A DNA stretch of 64,000 nucleotides from Thermoproteota archaeon (GTDB lineage Archaea; Thermoproteota; Thermoprotei; Gearchaeales; Gearchaeaceae). How positions within the stretch are numbered: position 1 is the stretch's first letter; every line of letters starts with the position of its first letter. The notes beneath the pieces were generated by a model. It had not been told where the DNA came from, made no database searches, and saw nothing but the letters and a program-made list of their open reading frames with translations. The position numbers and the translations under genes were made by a program. The stretch spans positions 32,001-96,000 of the forward strand of contig JAVVGF010000002.1 in NCBI GenBank assembly GCA_032249235.1, given 5' to 3'. This document shows, one piece after another, positions 29,333-38,630 of the stretch.

Positions 29333-30611
29333 GTACTGAATCTACGAGCTCTTCAAGATTTTCTTCTGAACTTGTTAAAACTTTATCAAAGCTTACGATA
29401 ACAAAATCTAAGCCTAATTCTTGAGCGTATCGATAGACTTCTAATAATTCTTGTTTTGTAGGATATCTAGCAATTTCTGCATATCTCTTATCATATTTTG
29501 AAGATAATGGATTGCAGAAATTATCAGGATGATATTGATACATAATATTGACTAAAACATCTGGCATGTTTTCGTTTATCCATTTCAAAACAGGTTTTGA
29601 GCAACATTCTACATGGTTTGGCATGATTAAATGTCTTATTACCATATTGTCTCCCCATTCATATACTAATTTATGATTTCTAGAAACAGTTTCGAAATAC
29701 CAAGGAGTTCGTGACAACTTTATAGCGCAATTATTATTACCGAATTTGAAATCAGGTAAGTAAATATCTACAATTTCTCTTAATAATTTCATAAGCTTAT
29801 CGCTCATGAAGAAATTTGAGTTCCACAAGATGGGGGCGTTGAATTCGTTGTTATAATAAGCATTTCGAGGATCCATTTTATAAATGAAGAAATCTGAATA
29901 TGCATTCAGAATATAATTTAGATCCCTTTGGGAAGGTTTCAATTCGCATAGTTCTCTTATTGCTTCAATTATTGTATGAAAATGAATAGTTGGTTCACCT
30001 CCTACAAGATTTATATTATGACATCCTTCCATTCTTAGTTGCCACATCATTAAAGCTAATTGCCTAGGTGTTATAGGAATTCCATTGAATCTATCTGTAC
30101 TAATATCGCCATTTTGACAAAAAGCACAGCGCATATTACAACTCGTGAAGAATATCGTGCCAGAGCCCATTGTGCCACGAAAAACTAATTCCTCTCCTCT
30201 ATGATGAAAATAGCTACTTACTCTGGAAATATCTTCTAATTGACATGTTCCCAGCTTTTCGCCTTTTGTTCTATCTACTCTACAATTCCATCTACAAAAT
30301 TCGCAATGCTTTAAAAGACGCTTGGCTAATTCAACTTTAAGATCAAGAAAGTTAGGACGGGCAACAGGTATATTTTCGATTTTAACTTCTTCATTCTTTA
30401 CCTTTTGAAATAAATCAAGGAATTCTTCAGAAAGTCTATCATGTTCTTTCCATAATTCATCTTCATCAGAATTTCTAAGAACTAAAGAACAAGGAATACG
30501 TCTGCAAATCAAATATTTTGCAGGCTTCTTATTTATAGAAACCTCATAATACCAATTTAATTTCCTTCTTATATTCTCATATGACCAAACCCAAAGTTTT
30601 TCAAAACTCAT
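29325..30611 (-). CDS. PflX-like radical SAM protein
   Basis: CNMRCAFC, SGTIFF, GCHNIN.VGGEPT, YLPDFKFGN, IRHL.MPNH.ECC. Confidence 0.88.
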   Translation of the reverse strand: MSFEKLWVWSYENIRRKLNWYYEVSINKKPAKYLICRRIPCSLVLRNSDEDELWKEHDRLSEEFLDLFQKVKNEEVKIENIPVARPNFLDLKVELAKRLLKHCEFCRWNCRVDRTKGEKLGTCQLEDISRVSSYFHHRGEELVFRGTMGSGTIFFTSCNMRCAFCQNGDISTDRFNGIPITPRQLALMMWQLRMEGCHNINLVGGEPTIHFHTIIEAIRELCELKPSQRDLNYILNAYSDFFIYKMDPRNAYYNNEFNAPILWNSNFFMSDKLMKLLREIVDIYLPDFKFGNNNCAIKLSRTPWYFETVSRNHKLVYEWGDNMVIRHLIMPNHVECCSKPVLKWINENMPDVLVNIMYQYHPDNFCNPLSSKYDKRYAEIARYPTKQELLEVYRYAQELGLDFVIVSFDKVLTSSEENLEELVDSVLI

Positions 30612-30625
30612 CTAATAATACAATG

Positions 30626-30931
30626 TTACAAAAGACCTTTATTTCTTAATATTTCATCCAATTTTTTAGCATCTCTACAAATAATATGCAAAGTTGTGTT
30701 CTCTTTTATGTCCAAGTCTCTGATTCTTTTACTATCGTCTATTTCCCTGTTTTTATAGATTATTTTGAAAAGTTCTGGATGATCTGAAAGTTTATATTTT
30801 TCTAATATACGCTTTTTTAAATTAAAGATACTTTCGTTAGGATCGATTTCTAAATTTACAATTTTTTTATTAAAGATAGAAAAAGAAATTGTTTCTTTAA
30901 AAATAAAAGTCTCGTTTATTCTTATTTTCAC
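30626..30931 (-). CDS. eukaryote-type ubiquitin-like (beta-grasp) protein lacking a C-terminal GG
   Basis: KIVNLEIDPNESIFNLKKRI...FKIIYKNREIDDSKRIRDLDIKENTTLHII aligns with ubiquitin [20 protein letters not shown]...[30 protein letters not shown]. Its start overlaps the htpX stop. Confidence 0.85.
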   Translation of the reverse strand: MKIRINETFIFKETISFSIFNKKIVNLEIDPNESIFNLKKRILEKYKLSDHPELFKIIYKNREIDDSKRIRDLDIKENTTLHIICRDAKKLDEILRNKGLL

Positions 30932-31806
30932 ATTATATAAATGCCCATTTCCTTAGCTATTTGTTTTAGTCTTTCTATTCTTTTCTTAGTTGAAGGATGT
31001 GTTGAGAACCATTCAATAACATCCTCAGCAGTGATGCCCTTTCTAAAAGGATTTGCTATCCATAGAGATGCCGTTGTTTGTGGAGCATCCAACCTTGCTC
31101 CAGACATTATGTAGTTTTCTATTTTAGTTAGAGCTGAAATTAAATCTTGAGGTTTGCCAGTCAATTTTGCAGAAGTATAATCAGCAAGATATTCTCTAGC
31201 TCTAGATATTGCTAATTGAATCAAAGATGCTGTAAACGGTGCAAGAATATAAGTTGCTAGCGCTAGCGCTACTTCACCTCCATTCCTACCTCTTGCTAAT
31301 ACTACTAAGAACAAGAAATATGCCAACCAGGTGATTGCTGAAGCAATAGCAGCAGCAATCGTAGCAACTAGCACGTCTCTATTAACAACATGTCCTATTT
31401 CATGACCGAATACAGCTTCCAATTCGTCATCATTCATTATTGTTAACAAACCCGTAGTAGCTGCTACAACAGCATGACCGGGACCTCTTCCTGTAGCAAA
31501 AGCATTGGGTTGAGGTGCATTAACGATAGCCACTTTTGGCTTCTTTATTCCTGCTTTCGCAGCAACTCTTTCAACGATTCTATGCAATCTAGGAGCTTCA
31601 GCTTCGCTTACTATTCTTGCTCCAGCACTGTAAAGTACAAGCTTATCTGATATAAAGTAGAAAATAATATTGAGTATTAAGGACATTATGAGGAAAGCAA
31701 AAGCTACTGCAATACCTCCAATCAGGTAACCTATACCTATTAATATCGCTCCTAATAATGCCATTAAAAGAACCGTTTTAACATAAATCTTCAATGCATA
31801 TGCCAT
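30928..31806 (-). CDS. htpX: M48 zinc metalloprotease HtpX
   Basis: PNAFATG, HEIGH (HExxH), SRAREYLAD, FSTHP; TM segments. Confidence 0.95.
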   Translation of the reverse strand: MAYALKIYVKTVLLMALLGAILIGIGYLIGGIAVAFAFLIMSLILNIIFYFISDKLVLYSAGARIVSEAEAPRLHRIVERVAAKAGIKKPKVAIVNAPQPNAFATGRGPGHAVVAATTGLLTIMNDDELEAVFGHEIGHVVNRDVLVATIAAAIASAITWLAYFLFLVVLARGRNGGEVALALATYILAPFTASLIQLAISRAREYLADYTSAKLTGKPQDLISALTKIENYIMSGARLDAPQTTASLWIANPFRKGITAEDVIEWFSTHPSTKKRIERLKQIAKEMGIYIM

Positions 31807-31877
31807 TTCGATTATTAATTTAAAGAAGCTTATTTTTAAACTTTTAGTCAGACTTAAATTTATTGAAGAAGTAATAA

Positions 31878-32324
31878 GTGATGGTGGCTGTTCCTAAATT
31901 GATGCCTGATGAAATCATTTCAAGAGCAGTATATCCTATGATAAGAGCAATGATTGCTAAGCGCCTTGTTGAGAGATATCATTTTAATCAAAAAGAAGTC
32001 GCAAATATTTTGGGCGTTACACAAGCAGCAATAAGTTATTACCTATCTGATAAAAGAGCTATAATGAAGCAATTCTTTGAAAATGAAGAAATAAAAGAAA
32101 TGGTAAATAAGCTGACTGACGATTTTGTAAGTAATAAGATAGGGAAAGATGACTTGGTTATAGGAATAGTTAGAATAGTAAATTACATTACGAAAACAAG
32201 AGCTTTATGCTCCATTCATCAATTCTATGAGAAAGATTTGAGAATTAATGAGTGTAATGTTTGTTCAGAAAGATTTTCAGCTACTTCTGATTTGATAAAA
32301 ATTCTACGTAGAAATGGAGGGTGA
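31878..32324 (+). CDS. HTH transcriptional regulator (COG2522-like)
   Basis: P.IRA.IA..L......QKEVANILGVTQAAISYY...KR; C-terminal C..H...C..C. Confidence 0.85.
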   Translation: MMVAVPKLMPDEIISRAVYPMIRAMIAKRLVERYHFNQKEVANILGVTQAAISYYLSDKRAIMKQFFENEEIKEMVNKLTDDFVSNKIGKDDLVIGIVRIVNYITKTRALCSIHQFYEKDLRINECNVCSERFSATSDLIKILRRNGG

Positions 32325-32448
32325 AAAAATTAAATCATTTTGCCCCTATTGCCATAAGGTAACAGAAAAAGAAAAAATTGGAGTAGAAGGTGTTTGGGCA
32401 GTTTATAGATGCGTAGTTTGTAAAAATGTAGTTCTCTTACCGCCATAA
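32314..32448 (+). CDS. 44-aa Zn-ribbon microprotein (below the ORF-track cutoff)
   Basis: MEGEKIKSFCPYCHKVTEKEKIGVEGVWAVYRCVVCKNVVLLPP*; two CxxC pairs; the start overlaps the upstream gene end. Confidence 0.7.
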   Translation: MEGEKIKSFCPYCHKVTEKEKIGVEGVWAVYRCVVCKNVVLLPP

Positions 32449-32467
32449 TAAGATTCAATCCATATAG

Positions 32468-33596
32468 ATGAAAACTATAGAATTCCTCCTATTTTTTTAT
32501 AATTCTAACTTTTATTGCAGCACAAGCTACTCTAGCTCAAACTTGCCAAGATCTAATTTTAAACATCGGTAAAATAGTAAAATTAGATAACAAATAAGAT
32601 TTGATTTTTTGCAAAATTGAACTAAAAAGCGATTCCAGCTTAATTATTAGATCATCAAGTCTTAGAGTTAATGGAAACATATCATTGTATAATAATGCAA
32701 AACTTACAATAATTAATTCTTCAATCATAATATTAGGAAAGTTTACTTCAATAAATGGATATATAAATATCAATGAAACGAATATAAATGACAAAATTTT
32801 TTGAAAGGAAAAACAAAATTGCTTGCTAGTAATCTTTATACCAATATCTCGAATATAAATATAGAAGATAGTTCAATAGCTTTATAAGTACCATTCAGGA
32901 AGTGAAGTATATAAATAATCTTAATAAAACAACGATTGAAATCTATGGAACTTCTGCTGTGCTAGCCAATTCAAATTTCAACCTAAAAGAATCCGTTCTT
33001 TACTTCATGACTTCAAGCGAATATCCTAAAGCTAAAATAGTGATGAGAAGTTATGAAAACAAAATAGGGATTCTTTCGAACTTCACCTTGAGCAATCTAC
33101 CTTCTTATAAATATATTCATGTTAAAAATTCTAGCAAATGATGGGACTACTGTTTATTCAGTTAAAGATTTAGAAATACATACAAACATACCTCTAAAGA
33201 AACCTCCAAAACCAAACTTATCAATAAACTCAAGTTATTATCCCATTCTTACATGGAACGATCTGAATAATTTAACTATGCCCATTTTAGGTTATTATAT
33301 ATAGAGGAGACTCGCCAAATAACCTCGAAAAAATTGCAACTGTTGATGCAAACCAAACTTCTTTTACAGATATCAACATTTCTTATGGTTCAACTTATTA
33401 TTTTGCTGTATCAGCTTATAATGAAGCAGGAGAAGGCGAAATTTCTAACATAGCAAGTATTACAATATTATATTCTTCAGATATAAAGAGGGAAGAATTT
33501 ATCACAAATACATGGTTGCCTGCAATTGCTATTCTCTCAATATTGATATTCTTAGCTGGCTATTTACTAAAAGTAGTCAAAGAAAAAAGAGCTTAG
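32468..33596 (+). pseudogene. disrupted secreted/membrane-anchored surface protein with fibronectin type III domain
   Basis: Signal peptide broken at a T7 run, several in-frame stops and frameshifts. The 3' part reads ...SFTDINISYGSTYYFAVSAYNEAGEG (FN3), then a TM helix and KEKRA*. Confidence 0.75.
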
Positions 33597-33937
33597 ACAG
33601 AAAAGGAGGAACCGCAACTACAAGAATATACTGCATTCGGATTATCTATTTTGAAACCTGAAGCCATTAAGGTTTCAACATAATCTACACTTGCACCTTT
33701 TAAGTACTTAGCACTATATTTATCGATTATAATTTTTACGCCTTCAACTTGATATACGTAATCGTCATCCGTTTCAGTATCGAAAGTCATTCCATAAGAG
33801 AAGCCTGCACAGCCTCCACTTGCAATATATATTCTTAAACCTAGGTTTGGATCATTTTCCTCTTTTAAAAACTCCTTTACCTTATCGATTGCTTTCTTTG
33901 TAAACGTAACAATTGGTTCTTGGATTTCTACTGCCAT
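33593..33937 (-). CDS. A-type Fe-S carrier (ErpA/IscA/HesB)
   Basis: GGCAGFSY, FKIDNPNA, CSCGSSF. Confidence 0.95.
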   Translation of the reverse strand: MAVEIQEPIVTFTKKAIDKVKEFLKEENDPNLGLRIYIASGGCAGFSYGMTFDTETDDDYVYQVEGVKIIIDKYSAKYLKGASVDYVETLMASGFKIDNPNAVYSCSCGSSFSV

Positions 33938-33975
33938 TGCTTATAGAGTAATTAAAGAGTTATTTATATTTTTCT

Positions 33976-35115
33976 TTAGATGACCTCTTTACCTACATAT
34001 ACCCTGTTTTTCCAAATTATTCCTCTCTTAAATCTATAATAAGAATAAATTATAATGAATAGGATAAACGTTATAGGTAAAAAATAAATTAAACTATAAA
34101 TTGGATTAACATCAAGTTTATAATACATAACACCAAACCTAAATAAATAAAAAATATATAGAATTTCTGAAAAAGGAAAATAAAGCATTTTTTGATAAGT
34201 AAATAGATTATAAATATCGCTCATTAACATCACAAATGGAAATAAATATATCACAATCAATGCAAAAATAGCTAATAACATATATAAAATGTTAGCTTTC
34301 AATCCAATATAAAAATTCTTACCCCAACCTTCTAAGAGTTCACCAAATGAATCATACATTCTAACGCTAAATAAATTTAATGAATTATATAATCTCGTTT
34401 CATATCCTTCCTTTTTTAAAATTTTTGCCATATTAAAATCTTCTATTATCTTATTTTTTACAGCTAGATGACCACCTATTTTTTCATAAACATCTCTTTT
34501 AAATAACATATATTGTCCATTTCCAAATATTCCATATTTACTTTTTTTATTGAAATAAGGAGCTAAGTTTATAACAAAAATAAATTGTCCTATAATTGGT
34601 AATAACATCTTAATAAATTTACTCTTCATATATAAAGACGGTATTAAAGTTATAAAATCAAGTTTTTCTTCTTTCATTTTAGTTATTGCTGTTCTAAGCA
34701 AAGTTTTATCATGAATGGTATCTGCGTCTGTGAAAAGCAAATACTCGCCATTAGAGTATTTATAACCTATATAACATGCCCAGTTTTTACCAACCCATCC
34801 ATCTGGTAAAGGAGGCTCTTGGATTATTTTTAATTTGTCTTTGTATTCTTTTAGAATATCTCCTGTTCCATCATTCGATTCTCCATAAACAACTATTATT
34901 TCTTTGTTCTTATAATCTAAATTTATAATAGAATCTAATGACTCTTTAAGTTTGTTTGCCTCATTTTTTACAGGTATAATTATAGATACAAGTGGTTCAT
35001 CATCTAATTTAGAGTTTACTTTTAAAGAAGGTAATATCTTAAATAAATATAGTTGTGCAAGATTTATTAAAATCAAAATTATAGTATAGATAATTAATAA
35101 TATTTCTAAAATCAT
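33976..35115 (-). CDS. family 2 membrane glycosyltransferase (CrtQ/HpnB-like)
   Basis: IIPVKNE, PDGWVGKNWAC, FTDAD, GNGQY, IEDF, RMY; TM segments at both ends. Confidence 0.85.
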   Translation of the reverse strand: MILEILLIIYTIILILINLAQLYLFKILPSLKVNSKLDDEPLVSIIIPVKNEANKLKESLDSIINLDYKNKEIIVVYGESNDGTGDILKEYKDKLKIIQEPPLPDGWVGKNWACYIGYKYSNGEYLLFTDADTIHDKTLLRTAITKMKEEKLDFITLIPSLYMKSKFIKMLLPIIGQFIFVINLAPYFNKKSKYGIFGNGQYMLFKRDVYEKIGGHLAVKNKIIEDFNMAKILKKEGYETRLYNSLNLFSVRMYDSFGELLEGWGKNFYIGLKANILYMLLAIFALIVIYLFPFVMLMSDIYNLFTYQKMLYFPFSEILYIFYLFRFGVMYYKLDVNPIYSLIYFLPITFILFIIIYSYYRFKRGIIWKNRVYVGKEVI

Positions 35116-35119
35116 TCAT

Positions 35120-36178
35120 TTAGCTAAAAAATACTGGCAAGAAGCGCATTTTAGTGACGTTTTTACTAAGCTTGCCTACGATGGGTATTTTGTAACCACA
35201 GAATTTACATCTGTTTTGATCATCTAAATTCCAAGCTAATATATCATATGAATAGCGCTTTATAACTACTTTTCCACAGCCTGGACAATAGGTATTCTCG
35301 TAAGGATGTCCAGGAACGTTACCAATGTATACATACCTCATACCTTCTTGCTTAGCTACTTCATAATGTTTCTCTAATGTTTCAATAGGCGTATACGGCA
35401 AGTGCATTAACTTGTAATCAGGATGAAATCTCAAGAAATGTATAGGAGTATCTGGACCAAGATTATCATAAATCCACCTTACAAGCTTTCTTGCCGCTTC
35501 TAAATCATCACCTATTTCAGGAATTACAAGATCAGTTATTTCAATATGTATGTTTGTTTTTTTCAGTTCTAGTAATGATTCAAATATAGGTTCAGGACCA
35601 GGGACTATTATATATTTTTGCATGAATTTCTTTTCACCATTACCTTTGAAATCAACGGTTATTGCATCAAGAAAGTTTCTCAACATCGATATAGCTTCAG
35701 GAGTTAAATATCCATTTGATACAAAAGTATTGAATAAACCATGCTTTCTTGCTAAAACTCCTACATCATGAGCAAATTCTATAAAAATTGTTGGCTCATT
35801 GTATGTATAAGTCACACCGTCGCATTTTGTTTTCAAAGCCATCTCAACAACTTCTTCAGGCGTAACATCTACTCCTTCAACTTTTCTCCTTTGGCTAATA
35901 TCAAAATTTTGACAATATTGACACATCCAATTACAACCTGTTGTTGCTATAGATAAAACTTTTGAACCAGGATAGAAATGAACCAAAGGTTTCTTTTCTA
36001 TAGGATCAATATGACTAGCGATTATTTTGCCATATACCATGAGATATAATTTACCATCTATATTTTGCCTAATGCCGCATAAGCCTATCAAACCTTTAGG
36101 AATGTTACAATATCTAGCACATGCAGTGCATCTTACACGATCGTTTGGTAATTTTTCATATAGGACAGCTTCTTTCAT
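35120..36178 (-). CDS. AmmeMemoRadiSam-system radical SAM enzyme
   Basis: [54 protein letters not shown]...CKFC. Confidence 0.9.
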   Translation of the reverse strand: MKEAVLYEKLPNDRVRCTACARYCNIPKGLIGLCGIRQNIDGKLYLMVYGKIIASHIDPIEKKPLVHFYPGSKVLSIATTGCNWMCQYCQNFDISQRRKVEGVDVTPEEVVEMALKTKCDGVTYTYNEPTIFIEFAHDVGVLARKHGLFNTFVSNGYLTPEAISMLRNFLDAITVDFKGNGEKKFMQKYIIVPGPEPIFESLLELKKTNIHIEITDLVIPEIGDDLEAARKLVRWIYDNLGPDTPIHFLRFHPDYKLMHLPYTPIETLEKHYEVAKQEGMRYVYIGNVPGHPYENTYCPGCGKVVIKRYSYDILAWNLDDQNRCKFCGYKIPIVGKLSKNVTKMRFLPVFFS

Positions 36179-36258
36179 TCCCCAACTTATATTGATTCAA
36201 CGTTTATATTAACGTTATTTTATATTAAACTTTAAATCTTCATACTTATTCTATTTAT

Positions 36259-37449
36259 ATGCCAAAAACTCACTTAGAGATAGGTCAGGAATTAGATATC
36301 TTCACTATAACCGAAGAAGGAGGCTCAGGACTTCCTCTTTTCAAACCAAAAGGTTTCATTCTAAGAGAGGAATTGATAAAATTAATGCGAGAAATTAACT
36401 CGAAATTAGGTTATCAAGAAGTTTGGACTCCTCATTTATTCAAGTTAGATTTATGGAAGATTTCAGGCCATTTGAGGAAGTATAAAGATAGAATGTTCAT
36501 CTTGAGGACAAAAGATGAAAGATATGCCGTTAAACCAATGAATTGTCCAGGACATTGTTTGTTGTACAAAAGCGAGGTAAGAAGCTATAGAGATTTACCA
36601 GTTAGATATTCTGAATTTGGAACTGTTTATAGAAACGAACAATCTGGAGAACTTGTAGGCTTATTAAGAGTTAGAGCGATAACGCAAGATGATGGACATG
36701 CTTTCATAAGAGAGGATCAAATTGAAGAGGAGGTAAATGCGATAATAAAAAGCGCATTAGAAGTATTGTCCATCTTCGAAATGAAAGATTTTAAGATAAA
36801 ACTTTCTACAAGGCCTGATCAATATATTGGTAGCATAAAACTTTGGGATAAGGCTACTAAAGCGTTGAAAAATTGTTTAGATAAGAACAAGTTAGATTAT
36901 GAAGTAAAAGAAAAAGAAGGAGCATTCTATGGACCTAAAATAGATATTGATGCAAAGGATTCGTTAGGAAGATATTGGCAATGCACCACTATTCAACTCG
37001 ACTTCAATTTACCAAGAAGATTCAAGCTAACTTATATAAATAAGGAAGGAAAACCAGAAATACCTGTAATGATACATAGAGCCATATTAGGTTCTCTTGA
37101 AAGATTCATCGGCGTTCTTCTTGAACATTATCAAGGTAAATTACCATTTTGGTGCTCGCCAGAGCAAATAAGGATTCTTCCTATATCTGAGAAATTTTTA
37201 GATTATGCAAGAAGTGTAAAAGAAAAACTATCAAACTTTAGAGTAGAGATTGACGATAGCAATAATACTTTAGAGAAAAAGATTTTCAATGCTATAAAAA
37301 TGAAAGTGCCTTACATGATAATATTAGGCAAAAAAGAATTGGAAAACAACACGATCACCGTAAGAGATAGAGAAGGAAAACAACTCAGCGATATTAAACT
37401 TGAAGAATTCATTGATATAATTAAGGAAAAAGTTATTTTCAGGAAATAG
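36259..37449 (+). CDS. thrS: threonyl-tRNA synthetase, catalytic and anticodon domains only (no N-terminal editing domain)
   Basis: KPMNCPGH, YRNEQSGEL.GLLRVR, GAFYGPKID, QLDF, HRAILGSLERF; 396 aa. Confidence 0.93.
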   Translation: MPKTHLEIGQELDIFTITEEGGSGLPLFKPKGFILREELIKLMREINSKLGYQEVWTPHLFKLDLWKISGHLRKYKDRMFILRTKDERYAVKPMNCPGHCLLYKSEVRSYRDLPVRYSEFGTVYRNEQSGELVGLLRVRAITQDDGHAFIREDQIEEEVNAIIKSALEVLSIFEMKDFKIKLSTRPDQYIGSIKLWDKATKALKNCLDKNKLDYEVKEKEGAFYGPKIDIDAKDSLGRYWQCTTIQLDFNLPRRFKLTYINKEGKPEIPVMIHRAILGSLERFIGVLLEHYQGKLPFWCSPEQIRILPISEKFLDYARSVKEKLSNFRVEIDDSNNTLEKKIFNAIKMKVPYMIILGKKELENNTITVRDREGKQLSDIKLEEFIDIIKEKVIFRK

Positions 37450-37479
37450 TTTTTAACGTAAGTTTCTAATTATAGACAA

Positions 37480-38628
37480 ATGAAAGATGTAGCGATTATA
37501 GGCATAGGTTATTACGGTTTTGCTCCAACGACCAATGAAGTATCATTTAGAGAAGGTAGCTTCATAGCAGCAAGCAGAGCTTATAGCGAATGTAATGTAG
37601 ATCCCAGAAAAGATGTAGATAGCTTCATAGCCTGTGAAGAAGATTATAACGAAGGAATAGCTATAAGCAACGAATTTAGCGTTGATCAGTTAGGAGCAGT
37701 ATTGAAGCCTGTTTCAACTGTCACTAGTGAAAGTTTAATTGCATTAGCTAGCGGATATCTTCAAATAAAATCAGGTCTTTGTGATATAGTCGTTGTAGAA
37801 AGTCATTCAAAGGCTAGCAATATAAGCAGTTATGAGAAAATTTTAGAATTATCCTTAGATCCAATATATGAAAGATTCTTGAACGTTCATCCATATTATC
37901 TTGCATCACTAGAAGCTAGGTATTACATGGAAAAAAGAGGGTTAAGATACGAAGATTTAGCTCTCGTAATTAAAAAGAATAAAGAAAATGGCTTGAACAA
38001 TCCAAGAGGAAGTTATAGTTCAAAAGTTGATATAGAAGCAATATCCAAGAGCAATAAAATATTTGATCCTTTATCAATTCACGATATTGCACCGCTTACT
38101 GATGCGTTCTTAGTTGTAGTATTAGCTTCAAGAGAAAAGGCTGAAGAACTTAGCAAGAGGCCGATTTGGATTGAAGGAATTTATTGGTGTACAGAAAGTG
38201 TTTGGTATACTTTGAGAAGTTTAGATTCCTTGAAGGCTTTGGAAAAGGCAGCAGAAAGACTTTATGAAAAAACAGGAATAAATCCTAAACAAATTGATTT
38301 TGCAGAAATAGATGACAGGTTCAGTTATAGAGAATTAATGCATTTAGAAGCACTTAAAATTTCGAACAAGTATGAATTAGTCAAAGATTTGAGACAAGGT
38401 AGATTCAATATAAATGGAGATTTACCTATTAATCCTAGTGGCGGATATCTCTCTACAGGCGTACCATTAGATGCAGGAGGGCTTGCGAAGGTTTATGAAG
38501 CAGTCCTTCAACTAAGAAATGAAGCTGGAAAGAATCAGTTAAAAGATGCTAAAAGAGCTTTAATAATGAGTTGGAGAGGCATAACTACATCTACATATGG
38601 CGTTTGTATATTAAGTAATAGTGGTTAG
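37480..38628 (+). CDS. thiolase-fold protein (archaeal acetyl-CoA acetyltransferase-like, no canonical Cys)
   Basis: Thiolase fold motifs (VAIIGIG, AP.TD, FAEIDDRF, INPSGG, Q.R.EAG..Q). Confidence 0.85.
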   Translation: MKDVAIIGIGYYGFAPTTNEVSFREGSFIAASRAYSECNVDPRKDVDSFIACEEDYNEGIAISNEFSVDQLGAVLKPVSTVTSESLIALASGYLQIKSGLCDIVVVESHSKASNISSYEKILELSLDPIYERFLNVHPYYLASLEARYYMEKRGLRYEDLALVIKKNKENGLNNPRGSYSSKVDIEAISKSNKIFDPLSIHDIAPLTDAFLVVVLASREKAEELSKRPIWIEGIYWCTESVWYTLRSLDSLKALEKAAERLYEKTGINPKQIDFAEIDDRFSYRELMHLEALKISNKYELVKDLRQGRFNINGDLPINPSGGYLSTGVPLDAGGLAKVYEAVLQLRNEAGKNQLKDAKRALIMSWRGITTSTYGVCILSNSG

Positions 38629-38630
38629 GC

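Noticed and set aside
30626-30931. Ub-like protein as a SAMP/Urm1 modifier or a CAAX-prenylated MUB processed by the Ste24 homolog HtpX
   Set aside because: There is no C-terminal GG and no CAAX box (it ends NKGLL).
32314-32448. Cren7 chromatin protein
   Set aside because: It lacks the W.L.P.G..GV.IGLF signature.
32491-32500. Phase variation at the T7 tract of the FN3 gene
   Set aside because: Correcting it still leaves multiple downstream stops and frameshifts.
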